From the NCBI GenBank assembly GCA_021613535.1, contig CP075492.1:18538001-18602000 (forward strand): a stretch of 64,000 nt of DNA, read 5' to 3'. The DNA is from Adineta vaga. Taxonomy: Eukaryota; Animalia; Rotifera. The notes below the pieces were generated by a model. It worked only from the letters and a program-made list of their open reading frames with translations, was not told where the DNA came from and made no database searches. Made by a program: the position numbers and the translations under genes. The number at the start of each line of letters is the position of its first letter. The stretch's first letter is position 1. Shown here in pieces: positions 12,825-25,115 of this stretch.

Positions 12825-13835
12825 ATGGCAACCATGAATACTTACCAAACAATTCTAAATTCAATCAGTTCAAATATAACTTTGTATATGGACTATATCA
12901 CTCTCATTTTTGGAACAATTGGTAGCATTGGTAATCTTATCACATTTACAAATCGTCAAATTAATCAATCTTCAACGATTTTCTATCTCAAATGTGCTTC
13001 AATATTTCAACTAATTACAATTCTATTTTGCATCATTCCTCGTTTAACTACTGATCGATATGTGAGTCCTGCATCTTCAGATAACATACTGAATCAATCA
13101 GCTATATTTTGTAAATTGAGATACTATTCTTCTGTAATATTTCCTGCAATCACTTCTTATTATATGGTTTTAACTACTTTCGATCGATATTTATCAACAT
13201 CTAACAATGCTAGAACTCGTGCATGGTGTCAACTGAAAATTGCTAGATGGATATCCGTCTCTATGACGATAACAACCATCTTGTTTTCAATACATGCAGT
13301 TATATTTTATGATATTTACTACAAGTTTTGTCAAATTGCACCGAATAATATTATCTATAAATTCTTTTTTTCAGCATATTTGGCAATTGTTGTCATATTT
13401 ATACCTCATGTTTTGATGTTAATCTTTACAATCAATACTGTTTTGGCTATCAGAAAATCTCGACAACGAATCAAACCTGCTGTGATAGAAGGACATACAC
13501 AAAATGATCGACTAAGACAACGTTTAGAACTTAAATTAATCAAAACTATCATTTTACAAGTGATTCTTAGTGTATTACTTTCTCTATTACGTCTTGGCTC
13601 ATATAGTTATAATATTATCTTAAATGCTGTATCAACAATAGCAGATAATAATCGTGTTATAGTTTCATTTGCTGTAACAATCGGTGGATCTCTATACTTT
13701 TTTAGTTTTGCCACACCATTTTATGTATCAATACTTACTAGTAAATTTTTTCGTGATGGATTTTATGAAAGAATTCTTTTTATCTATCGATATTGTATGA
13801 GAGAGATGATACAAAGAAATATTATTATAAATTAA
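12825..13835 (+). CDS. Class A (rhodopsin-like) GPCR, single exon
   Basis: Seven hydrophobic segments, GN in TM1, Cys at start of TM3 (FCKLRYY), DRY motif, and SKFFR helix 8. Confidence 0.9.
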   Translation: MATMNTYQTILNSISSNITLYMDYITLIFGTIGSIGNLITFTNRQINQSSTIFYLKCASIFQLITILFCIIPRLTTDRYVSPASSDNILNQSAIFCKLRYYSSVIFPAITSYYMVLTTFDRYLSTSNNARTRAWCQLKIARWISVSMTITTILFSIHAVIFYDIYYKFCQIAPNNIIYKFFFSAYLAIVVIFIPHVLMLIFTINTVLAIRKSRQRIKPAVIEGHTQNDRLRQRLELKLIKTIILQVILSVLLSLLRLGSYSYNIILNAVSTIADNNRVIVSFAVTIGGSLYFFSFATPFYVSILTSKFFRDGFYERILFIYRYCMREMIQRNIIIN

Positions 13836-14446
13836 TTCTATCACTACTGTTATAATCTTTTATTTTGTCTAAACTCATTTTTCTGAAGAAACAGATAAAA
13901 AAATAAAAAAAACACAGAATTTTCTTACTTATAGAAACTTTTTGAGATATAAAACTACTTTTTCGACATATATTACACTGCGACTCAAGTAGTTTCCTAC
14001 CTGGTACAAGAGTATAGAATGGAGTATAGGAAGAACAGTGAAACACTTAGATCCACACTTTTTAATATAAAGACAGACGCTTTTACGAGGATATATTCTT
14101 GATTATTATTGATTAGATCGTGAAATAATCTCAATTAAATAATTGGATTTTTGAAATTGTTTAATTTCTCTAGTGTCATTTTTAGTCAGTCTTATTCACT
14201 GAAAATTATATTCTCAAATGCGTCTTTCGTTCAAATGAAATTCTATTTATTTTACAAGTAATGAAATACAACGAGATATAATTACATTGTTATATATTAA
14301 TATTTCTGAACAGTCAGAAGAGATTGTTATGTATGATAGGTAAGTTACGCATCAATGATAAAAAGCTGAATAGCTTCATTAAGACTTAAGCAAATGCACT
14401 GGTTTTTTCTATTAGTAATGGAGGTTTATACAAGCTTTATATTCAT

Positions 14447-14480
14447 ACTAGCGGAGATACCCTCTGCAAAGAGGACACAA
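14447..14480 (-). mobile_element. Helitron-like 3' terminus
   Basis: Minus strand TTTGCAGAGGGTATCTCCGCTAGT; related copies at 38095 and 60181. Confidence 0.5.
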
Positions 14481-14965
14481 TTTTACCTTTTCCATCTACA
14501 GCAATACTCTTCTCATTACTCACCGTATCTCTCCGTTGGTATTTAGCCGTCGTGTATAAAAAAATCCTCGCATCTTCCTTTCCAAATCTGCATTAGCAAG
14601 TGTAATCCTTCAAGTCGTCAGTCAGCGCGCGTTATCTGTCTTTCCCACGTCTTTCTCCTCCGTACTGAGGCTCCTCTCATACTCTTTTCGCGTCATTCAC
14701 CAGGTCTTTTTTAAAGAACTTTTCACATCTCTTCATTAACTCTTTCCTAATGGTCTTGTCTCGCTATGCATACGACATACAGCTCTGTTCCGCTGCAACT
14801 CTCACCCCTCGGTAGATCTGCCTATCCTCAGACGCCCGCTGAAAATCATTCTCTTGTTTACAAACTTCACTTCGACTCCATAAAGGTAGAGTAGTCATTT
14901 CACTTCAGATTCAGTTTATTTCTGAGAACCCAACCGAGGCATTGCAGTTGCCCATCTTCGATACA

Positions 14966-14982
14966 GACACCCACACCCTCAA
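14966..14982 (-). repeat. Single telomeric arm (C-rich on plus strand)
   Basis: GACACCCACACCCTCAA. Confidence 0.7.
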
Positions 14983-16164
14983 GATATAGATTTGGCGTCA
15001 AAATTGGTGGAAGTTAGTATTGTTACTTAGGTGTATCCAAAAGTAATCTCGGTGGTATCGTACCTTTTGATCTTTAAGTCTTGTGATATCCATATATATA
15101 TTAATATTGTGATTTTATTATGTAAGTGCGGATGCTCGAATCGATCGTATACCTTTTATAGATTAATAAAGTTTCTGACAGTCATAAACGTATGGCATAG
15201 AAATATAGAATTCATTGAAAAATAAGTCACCAGAAATGGTGCTTATGAATAATACTTTTCATGATAGTTTTGATTCATAGAGATTCTAACAGGACGTATC
15301 ACTATCATACACTTTTAGCAGTATACATAACTTTCGGATAAAATCCGAAGTTTCCGCATTTATTCTCTAATATAGTCATACATGTAGATACAATAGCTGC
15401 TGATACCGGGTGTTTCAAAAGTTTTGCGACATTTTTTTGTTTTGCATATATCTCAACGAAGGCAAATGGTAAAACCTTAAACTTTTCTTTAAACGATGCG
15501 CCTTGAAAAGTTCTTCGAGAAAGCTAATAAGAAATTTCAATTGACTTGTAACAATAGTCTTTTCCATACTCGAAAAGATAGATCTATATGACAGTGGTTT
15601 GTCCCACTGCCTCATTTTTTATCCACACGAACGGTACACCCTTTTTCTTATTTTATCTTTTTATCATTCAATATACTTTCGTAAAAAAAATATCAAAGAT
15701 GCAGCGTGAAAAGCTCTACAATTTGCACACAGCAATTTATTTTTTACATGAAATAAGAAACGAGGAATTTCTCGTTTGTGTTAAAAAAATGATACTTTCA
15801 CAACGGCGAAAACTGGTCGCACATAGTTTTGAAAAGCAAAGCTACACAATTAAAATAAGCTCCACTTCTCCTAGATTGTACAGTTTTTTACGACATGAAT
15901 GATTATTGCATTCATAGCGCTAATTATATAGATCTACACAGGTTTCAGTCTTCGTATAAAGACAATTACGATAGCTTATCCGAATCAAATTCAATTTGAA
16001 GATTTGTCTAATCAATATTTCACAACACTTCACTGTTATTCTTCTAAAATATATTCTCTCTATGAATATTCATACAAGATTAAGTGTATTTTGACAATTA
16101 ATTGCTAGTTATTATATCTGAACAATGCTTAGTCCACAGATGATATCTGCTCTTGAAATAAAAA

Positions 16165-16930
16165 GGCTTGTATTTATTTGAGCAATAAAAATATTGGAAT
16201 GAGCAATAATTAAAACATGATTTAGCAGTAACTTTCGAGCAATAAGAAAACATTATATGAGCAATTTTATAATATTAAATGAACAATAAATAGTTTACTA
16301 CGTAACAATATTAATTTCATACTTGAGCAACAAAAAAGAAAAAAACTAAATTATTTTTCTTTACAATTGGCAAGAAAAAAAAGAAAAATGGAATATATAT
16401 AACTAATCATTGAATCAATAAAGCTTTTTTGCTTTCGATGGTCTTCCTCTTTTTCTTTTTGTACCAATTTCTACATTTTTTGCCTCAGCTGGAGGTTTGC
16501 AATATTTTAATCTAATGGACATACCAATGGTGTGCTTGGAAACATAGTTTTTCATGAATGATGGACAGGTGCAAGTTGTGGATGTGGGTGTCTTTGTTAT
16601 ATTCAGACCCACCCTCGCCCTCACACCCACACTACACCCTCATCCTCATTATTACTTGAAGGTTGCATTTCCGTGTCATTTTCAGAATCAAACATATAGT
16701 CTGCTACACGTTTCGATTGAGCCATTTGTATTAAATGAACGGATTATTATTGCCCTTTTTATACACACATTATTTTATTTAAATTAATTATTGCTCATTT
16801 CATCTAATTATCCCTCATTCATTATATATATTGCTCATTCAATATATTTATTGCTAAATTTGATTATTGCTCATTTCAACTATTTTTATTGCTCATTCCA
16901 ATATTTTTATCGCTCAATTAAATATAAGTC
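16165..16930 (-). mobile_element. Internally deleted MULE (SWIM-type) DNA transposon
   Basis: About 45-bp TIRs (GGCTTGTATTTATTTGAGCAATAAAAATATTGGAATGAGCAATAA and its imperfect reverse complement) with GAGCAATA subrepeats. Exact 9-bp TSD AAATAAAAA. SWIM-finger C-terminus CTCPSFMKNYVSKH...RKRGRPSKAKK at 16415-16576. Confidence 0.9.
16577..16649. repeat. Telomeric-repeat hairpin element at the MULE deletion junction
   Basis: TGTGGATGTGGGT-gtctttgttatattcag-ACCCACCCTCGCCCTCACACCCACACTACACCCTCATCCTCA. Confidence 0.85.
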
Positions 16931-17514
16931 AAATAAAAACATGAACTGAAGCTAAAACTGATATCTGAATTTTTTGAATTTGATATGTCGAATACGAAAG
17001 ATATTTCGATTGCTATTCACTTGCATGTTATACCTTTATCTTTATTATTAAATAAAAAATTTCATTATTAACGAATTGTTTATAGAAGAAATTCAACTAA
17101 ATATTTCTTTTGCACCTTATTACTCACAAAGCAAATCATCGAATTCTTCATATTTTAGCTAAACAACACTATTATTGATTTATTACACTATAATGACGAT
17201 GTGAGTTTTTTCGGTACTTTTTCTTTTGAAAAGGTCTATCATATATTGATTTTATGGCATTTTTTTCTCTAAAGATTAGTTTCTCGAAAAGAAAACAATT
17301 AGCTATTGAAAAAAGCGCAAGAAGCATATTGAATTTTCATTTTTATCGAAGGATTAACTCATTTATTTGTTATTTTTTGTTGAAAAATATTGACGTATCA
17401 TTTTTTTATATTCTATCTATAAAAGAAAGAATATCTTTAGCATTTTTCTTTCATTGGAATATAAACTATGATTACAAAATCAATTCATTGTTTGTTATTT
17501 ATTATTTTCAAGTG

Positions 17515-19142
17515 ATGATAAAAATTCAATATTTTATTTTATATAAATATTTTTATTATTAATTTAGTTTATCAATAATTGAAATAAATTGTTATATATG
17601 TTATGGAACATCTCAATATGGTCGATGTTCAACAAATCGTGCATGTGGTTGTTTTGATACGGTCGATTCTGATGGTACTGGAATATGTGGATTTCTTTGG
17701 ATAAGTTGTTCTCAACTTAATTTATGTAATTCTTCAACGAATACTTGTGATAAATCTGGCGATATATGCGTACATCATCCTCGTTGTAATTCACAACCTG
17801 TTTGTTATCCATCATCAAGGATTGATCAAAGAATATGTCCAACATTAACAAGTAAGAAAAAACTATTTATCTAAATTTTTTATATTAATAAATAGATATT
17901 AACACGACAACAACAACAACTACAATTCAACCTTTAGGTAAGATTAAAGTGTCAACAGGCTTGTCTTAGATGACATAACTTGAGTTTATTCTGTAACTAC
18001 TGAATATCTTTTCTAACTATTCATAACAGATGTTATATATATATTTGTCTACGCTGTAAACATGAGCCATTGAATTGAAAATTTTCCGTATTTTAATAAT
18101 GGATAAGAAATTTTTGAATATATTTAAATATTTTTATTTAGGATGGGAGAATACTGGAAGTATGAATAATAGAAGATTTTATCATGCAGCATCCGTTTTA
18201 GCAGATGGAAAAGTTATCGTTACTGGTGGAATTAAAGATTTGGGTGATTTTTTTGGTGTTAATTCAAATGATGCTGAAATATACGATCCATTAACAGAGA
18301 ATTGGACTATGACAAATAATATGAATCATCCACGAAGTGCTCATACATCAGTTTTTTTAAAAAATGGAAAATTATTAGTGATTGGAGGAATGAGTAATAC
18401 ATATGCTTTAAATAGTACTGAATTATATGATCCTCAGACAAAAACTTGGTCTTTTACTAGAAATCTTCATAAGAGCAGAAGTTCTCATACATCCTCTTTA
18501 TTAAATGATGGAAAAGTATTAGTTACAGGTGGAGCTAATCGTTATAGTATAATTGATACTGAATTATATGATCCTGAAACACAAATTTGGACAATTACAG
18601 GTAATATGAGTTTTCCACGACAGCAACATCAAGCATCTTTATTAATAAATGGAAAAATTTTAATTAGTGGTGGATATGCAAATGGTTATTATTTAAATAG
18701 TACGGAATTATATGATCCTCAAACGGGAAATTGTACAATTACAGGCTATATGAAATATCCACGAAGTGGTCATACATCAACGGTCTTAAAAAACGGAAAA
18801 GTATTAGTTACTGGAGGATATGATGGTAAAAATGTACTACATAGTGCTGAATTGTATGATCCTCAAACAGAATTATGGACAACTGTTGAAAATATGAAAT
18901 ATACACGAGATGGTCATACATCAACTGTCTTAACAAATGGAAAAGTATTGGTCGTAGGTAGAAATAGTTTATCTAAGTCAGACGCTGTTGAATTGTATGA
19001 TCCAATAACACAAAATTGGATAACTATTGATAACATGAATTATGGACGAACTCATCACACAGCATCTACTTTAACAAATGGAAAAGTATTAATTGTTGGA
19101 GGATATTCTACTATCGTTTTAAATAATGCAGAATTATATTAA
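17515..19142 (+). CDS. Secreted protein: 12-Cys domain + Thr linker + about 7 kelch (galactose-oxidase-type) repeats; exons 17515-17851, 17896-17937, 18142-19142
   Basis: Cys-rich exon CYICYG..CSTNRACGC..CVHHPRC..CYP..CP. Two phase-1 introns splice in frame to repeats R..H.ST.L.NGKVLV.GG...ELYDP. One extra A in the A-run at 17520-17524 puts the ATG out of frame (assembly error or recent frameshift). Confidence 0.8.
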
Positions 19143-19179
19143 AAAATTCTAATAAATAAAAAAAATAGAAATTCGATTC

Positions 19180-19580
19180 TTAAGAGACGGTCCATGAGAA
19201 AACCAAGGATTTTTCATATACACGAAATCACGTGGGTCAACGGATTTCGGATCTGACCTCATAGGAAGTTAGGCACTACTGACCCATATATGAATCCAAA
19301 ATATTACGGTCCAAAGACTTACATAAGAGGAGATAATATATACTGAACCATATCACCCCCAAAAATGACCTAAAAAATGAGTAAAATCGAGTTTTTTTGT
19401 TTTTTGATTTTTTTTCATATATGTTCTGCTCTAATCAAAATGAGTCATATACCAATCGATAGAGCTTGACTTGTTCTATGAAACTGCTTATATGCTCTTT
19501 TCCAATTGTTTCAAAATCTGGGTGAAAAACTCAAAATACTTTTCTTTTTGCAATCTCAAAAATCCATTAATTTCAATATG
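19180..19580. mobile_element. Probable one-ended MITE relic
   Basis: Begins TTAA-GAGACGGTCC and has MITE-like internal sequence (CATATACCAATCGATAGAGC). No matching right terminus; ends at a telomeric hairpin. Confidence 0.4.
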
Positions 19581-19644
19581 TTGGGTGTGGGTGTGGGTTA
19601 AGAGTATAGCCTGAGCCACACCCACACTCACACCACACCCTCAA
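19581..19644. repeat. Telomeric-repeat hairpin element
   Basis: TTGGGTGTGGGTGTGGG-ttaagagtatagcctgag-CCACACCCACACTCACACCACACCCTCAA. Confidence 0.85.
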
Positions 19645-20339
19645 GATGCGCGCGAGGTTGAGCGTAGCTTATTTACACTTTAGACTTACCTACAGTAACC
19701 CTCATTCAAGTACACCCTCTATTCATTTATCTGTGAAAACTATCACGGATAATTCAGATTTTGGCAATAATGTAAAAGCAGAACAATTATTGATTAGAGA
19801 TCTCCGTTGCAATAATAGAAACAGATTTATCGTGTTTCACATTTCTAATCCCACTAGGGATTGCGCTGAAAGCTTTTTAGTTGATTCGGACTTTCTTACT
19901 ATCAAGAGGATCAAACTATGGAAATAGTTAACAAAATCTGAGTATATGTTCGTCTAGATGCCGCATATTTGCCACTACAAACATTGAATTGCGATGAAAA
20001 TGATAGATATCATACATAAATATCACGATCGCAACCAACATACATGTTGGAAAATTCCCAAAATCAATTACCTATACTCGTATTTTCGACTCAATGACTG
20101 ACTGTGAAAATTACGAAAAACATTTCTCTCTCATCGTGATGTCACAAAGTATGCTGGACGATAAAGTAAACTGTGTCATCAAAGGAAGTGACTATTTAAT
20201 GATACCTATAAAGGGGTGCAAAAAGAATATATGCTGTCACTGTTATATGTAGTTACGAACAGTATATAAGGTAAGTAGTTTCGTAGACAACGAGTGTCAT
20301 TTATACACTATATCTAGTTTTCATAGGGTATTGTTACAA

Positions 20340-21453
20340 ATGAAATCTAGTATATATTTATTTGTGTTAGTCAATGTTGTGATTACATTAAGTAAGTCTT
20401 GTTTTTGCATTGTAATAAGACATTGTCAGTTCAGTATTTTCATGAACCCTCACACAAATAAGATTAAACACTCCAAAAACCAAGTAAATATTACCATTAG
20501 CAAATTAAAGACTATCCGAGACTTTTATTCATTTCCATCGATTGAAAAGCTGGTTGTCATCCATAGATATATCTAAACCACTATCGTCTCTCATATTTGA
20601 GTCCTTATTTGATCGACTGGTGAGATGGTTGCGTTTTGATCTATTATTCTACACCAAAAAATATGTGACAGAGTCTATTGGTAGTGACTTCTCTATTAGC
20701 GCTTTAAACAAGATTACATTTAAAAATAACTGCACTGATTTTGCAGCGAGTTTTGCATACTTGAGGCAACAATGAAAAAAGCGAGCTATACGAAGCAACA
20801 CTTCGAAAAGTGTACTGCCTGCTTTTTTATCTTATAAAACAGTATATATAAGATAGATGTTCATTAACTATTTAGGAGCAAACAATAAGGCACTAACTGA
20901 CTCTTTTCCACGGTCGCTGAACCATGTGGGTATTTCAGTCACGAATATAGACGCGGCAATGGCTTGGTATCGTGATGTCCTTGGTTTCACAATTATTAGC
21001 TCCCCAGTCGATGTCGTGGTTAATAATTCGACCGACATGGGCTTACTATTAGGTCAAATGTATGGACCCGAAATGAAGCGTGTGAAAATAGGTCACATGG
21101 TGGCAGGAAACGGTGTCGGTCTCGAATTCTTCCAATTTGTGGATCCGCCGACTCAACGTCCCAATATAACCGCAGATACAAATCAACAGTTTGAGTACAG
21201 ACGTGCCGGATTTTTTCATATTTGTATGACTGATCCTGATCCTGAAAGTCTCGTGGCGCGAATTGTTCAAACGGGTGGCAAGCAGCTGAGTCCTGTGCTG
21301 AACATCTTTCCTAATGAAACGTATCAAGCAGTTTATTGCCTAGATCCATTTGGAAACCTTGTCGAAGTCATGAGTGCTTCCTACGAAGGCTCGTTGAGTA
21401 ATCGTAGCCCAAAACTAACGAGTGTTACTTCATCAGCCAGAAGAACAATATAA
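20340..21453 (+). CDS. VOC/glyoxalase-family protein of bacterial type with a spliced signal-peptide exon; exons 20340-20391 and 20876-21453
   Basis: VOC metal-ligand motifs NHVGISV, LEFFQF, FHIC and DPFGNLVEV. Upstream exon MKSSIYLFVLVNVVITL joins in frame through phase-1 intron 20392-20875. Confidence 0.85.
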
Positions 21454-22339
21454 ACATTGCTGACTATACATCATACTCTCCTTCTTATTTTAATCAAGAT
21501 AGAATAAAATCATCGCTGGAATTAATCTCCGGTGAAAATCACCAAACAGCACGGATGAACGTCTTGTCTTTGAGAGAGACCTAGGGTCTGAAGTTTTGTG
21601 AAGTCTAGCGACATGTTTCTGGAAAGAACATTATATATGAAACTTGCACACATTTCCATAAGCCTTGAGGTTACCATATCATTTTTTGGAAAACACAGTT
21701 ACTTGGGGCACTTTAAATCTAGTGGAAATTTCCTTGCAATTTCTCACCAAAAGTTCTAAAAACGTTTTTTCATACTCTTTGATAGAGAAATTATCTTATC
21801 TGTCAGACTTCAGGAACAAAACAGCATTAATCGGTCTCTCGTTTACTTATCCTAAGACTACGTGTTTATCAAAATCTTGCTGAGATCGTCTATAGGGATT
21901 GCGTCACTCCAGCGGCGATGAAAATCGATACCAATCACTCAGAACTAGTTATACCGTAGAATGAAATCTGTTTACTGTGGTAGAACACAAATCGACTTTT
22001 TGCTTTGTCTTTCATGCGAATAAAGAGCAGAAAAATTAAAGAGCGAGAAGATCGTCAATTATAAGAGATATTTTCTTCTTTCAGTCATTCAATGAAGATC
22101 ATATAAATTTTTGGTTTGTGCTTTTAAGCGAACAATCTCAATATGAGTAGGCTTGTCTGACAGTCAAATCCACTAGATGAATCTTAATCACGATCACCAC
22201 AGAAAAGAATGAGAGGAAAACGGACTTTCGTGTCCCTATTTTAAAAATGTGTAACATACAGATAGATAGACAAAAAAGAACGTAAAATTTGATCAGAAAT
22301 AAATAAATTCAAATACAGTTTCAATCATATCTTCAAAAT

Positions 22340-24412
22340 CTAGTTATAGCGTCTGTTTCGGTCGTTTTTGTGGGTCTCTTTTTCGCCTCTCTTATATATT
22401 TCCACCATAACTGGATTAGATGACACGACATTAATATCACAAGTGATAATATAATCACCCACGCCTAAAACACAAGAAAGAATTTGAAAAAAAAACGGTA
22501 ATAGACACTATAAACACTTACTCTCCACGAACGAGGTATATCATTGGTTAGTTGAACTAAACCATATTGAATGGTAGTAATAACACCAACAGCAGTCCAC
22601 ATCACACCAGTTAATGTACCAATATACTCTGATGGAAAGCTAAAAATTTAATTTTTTCATTATTAACTTATCTTCAAGTGTCAGTTTTTGTTCTGTCTAT
22701 AGAGTATTTCTTCTAAGCTTACGGATTTATAAACAATACTCACAAAGTAGCTACGACTGCTTGACTTCCACTGACGATTGTAGCTCGAGCAATACAATTA
22801 ATCACTAATGCCGGAATAATCATCTTTTTTTGTGCGAACATACATACAAAGCACGCCACAATATTGATCAGCCATGATACAGTTTGCATCAAGGAAATAT
22901 TAAATAATTTTTGTTTTTTACCTTAATACTCAAAACATCCGAATAAAGTTCAATGACGAGGAAAAACATCTTACTTCTATCGGCTTTAAATCCAAGTAGA
23001 AAACCATTTAGTGGACAGATAATAATAGCAGCACTAGTGGACAAATTAAATGCGAATGTATACTGATTCGCTGAAATAAATAAGAACATATCCAATAATG
23101 AAATCGTTATTCTGTTAAACTACTCATGATCACCTGGCAAAAACTGCTAACTTACTTAATGTTATATCTTGTTTCGTGATATAATATACCCATGGATACC
23201 ACGTGACAGCAAGGAAAATTCCGGGTAGTAGTAAAACACTCAGAAACAATATCACCAGGAGATATAATGGGCTTGTTAAATAATGCCAGACACCTTTTCG
23301 TTGAAAAATTCTTGCATACCATTTCAGTTTTTCTAATTCGCCATCGTCTTAACAAGAATATATATTTATATACATATATAAAAGATATATTTTTTTCTAT
23401 GGTATTACCAGCGATAGTATTTGGCGGCAAGGCTTTCTTTTCCAATTTAGTATTGAATTGATACGGTAAATTCAGAATCGAAAATCGCCAATCAAGAAAG
23501 ATGAACGAGCTGATTAACATTAATATACCAAATGACATCCATATATAGGATAGTTGTTGCAATGTTATCTTTCTCGCATCAATCAGTTTCTAAAATAAAC
23601 GGATACAGTATGGAACAAAATTCCTCTGTTTTCGGTAAGAAAAACGACTTTTTACATACCTGAAATATGGAATACCACAGTGTTGCTGATGTACACGCTC
23701 CTGCAAATAATGCAGATACAAACGCTCTGGGTTTTGAGAAATAGTCACTCGATGTGTATGCTGTCAACAGAATTATTATACCGGACAATGATGAGAAGGC
23801 TGTGTGTACATACAAAAGTGAATCACGTCCTAATTAAAACTAATACTTTATTATGGCTGACGCGAATACAAACTTACCGGGTGCCACTAGTGCTAGGGCT
23901 AACCAACCAATAATATGAAAAACACTAGTTTAGAAAGAGAGAATATCATCAGATCTGAAAAATACTCAATGAAAGATGAATAATATTTACATTGCAATTA
24001 GTTTGACAAATCGACATCCGAATCGATCAATTGCTGGTCCAATAACCACTGACGGAATTTCAAACAGTATGATCCCCAACGTTAATGCATTCTGAAATTA
24101 TTCTTACCGATAGACAAGAAAAGTTGTTAGCTGAACGTGTAGACATACTTGATAGTGTCGTGTTTGATATCCTTCACAAGATAATTGTCTATTATCTGAT
24201 TCTGTCATATTCAGCAATTCTGATACACAATGGCTGCTTCCACCATAAATTCCATATTGAGGTAAAATTTTGAATAGAGCTGGGAAACCGAATATTGTTC
24301 CACCGAGTAAATTCACTTCAAGAAAAAGCCACACAACACCAGACCATTTGCGAATTCGGTAGTGAACTTTTTTTCCCTTAATCGTGGTCGTGTTGGTATC
24401 CTTCATTTTCAT
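22340..24412 (-). CDS. SLC43 (LAT3/LAT4)-like MFS solute carrier, multi-exon
   Basis: N-terminal LEVNLLGGTIFGFPALFKIL, GPAIDRFG, FAGACTSA and FPSEYIGTLTG segments separated by short GT-AG introns; stop at 22340-22342. Confidence 0.8.
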
Positions 24413-25115
24413 TCAAACTAGAAGAGAAAATAATCAGATCCATGTTTACAGCATTCAATATTAGAAGAGCAACAGCTGCTCACAAATCGTAAAGTATATT
24501 TTCGAAAACACATCTGATTTTTAACAGTGCATTGAAACTGTAACTGTACTACTTTGTACGGGTAATGCGAAATTCATTCTACCCCTTTATATGAAAACAT
24601 TTTTTGCACTTCCCAATAACAAAAATAATTATTTTGTTCTTTTCACCTTATGATTTATAGAGTATGCATCATTCTATATTTTTTTAATAACATTCTTCTT
24701 CCGATAATGACATAAACGATCATTAATGCTTACTCATCAGCTGTATTTCATCATTATTCAGTAGGAAAATGATACGAACGAGTAGGTTTAGAGAGTGCGA
24801 AGGAAGTAAAACTGAAAATCATATAACCGTATCGGACATTTTATATTTCTCGCTGCTGACTCATTATATTTTTGGCAAGAACATGATTTTTATCTCTTCT
24901 GTTTTTATTTGACGTCAACGAAATTTTATCCTTTTTCCAACCAAGCAATTGACACATCTATAAAAGCCTGGGGTTTGCCGTCTAGTTTCTTCAATAAACC
25001 AGACCTACACAAAACAGTCAAAAATCAACACAAACAACTACTAGCATCTATTCGTTCATTTAACCTACCGTCATTCTCTTTTCGATAAACTTCGAACTTT
25101 TCCTATTTTACATTA

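Noticed and set aside
15404-15840. Tc1-like terminus TA|CCGGGTGTTTCAAAA
   Set aside because: The right end is too degenerate to delimit an element.
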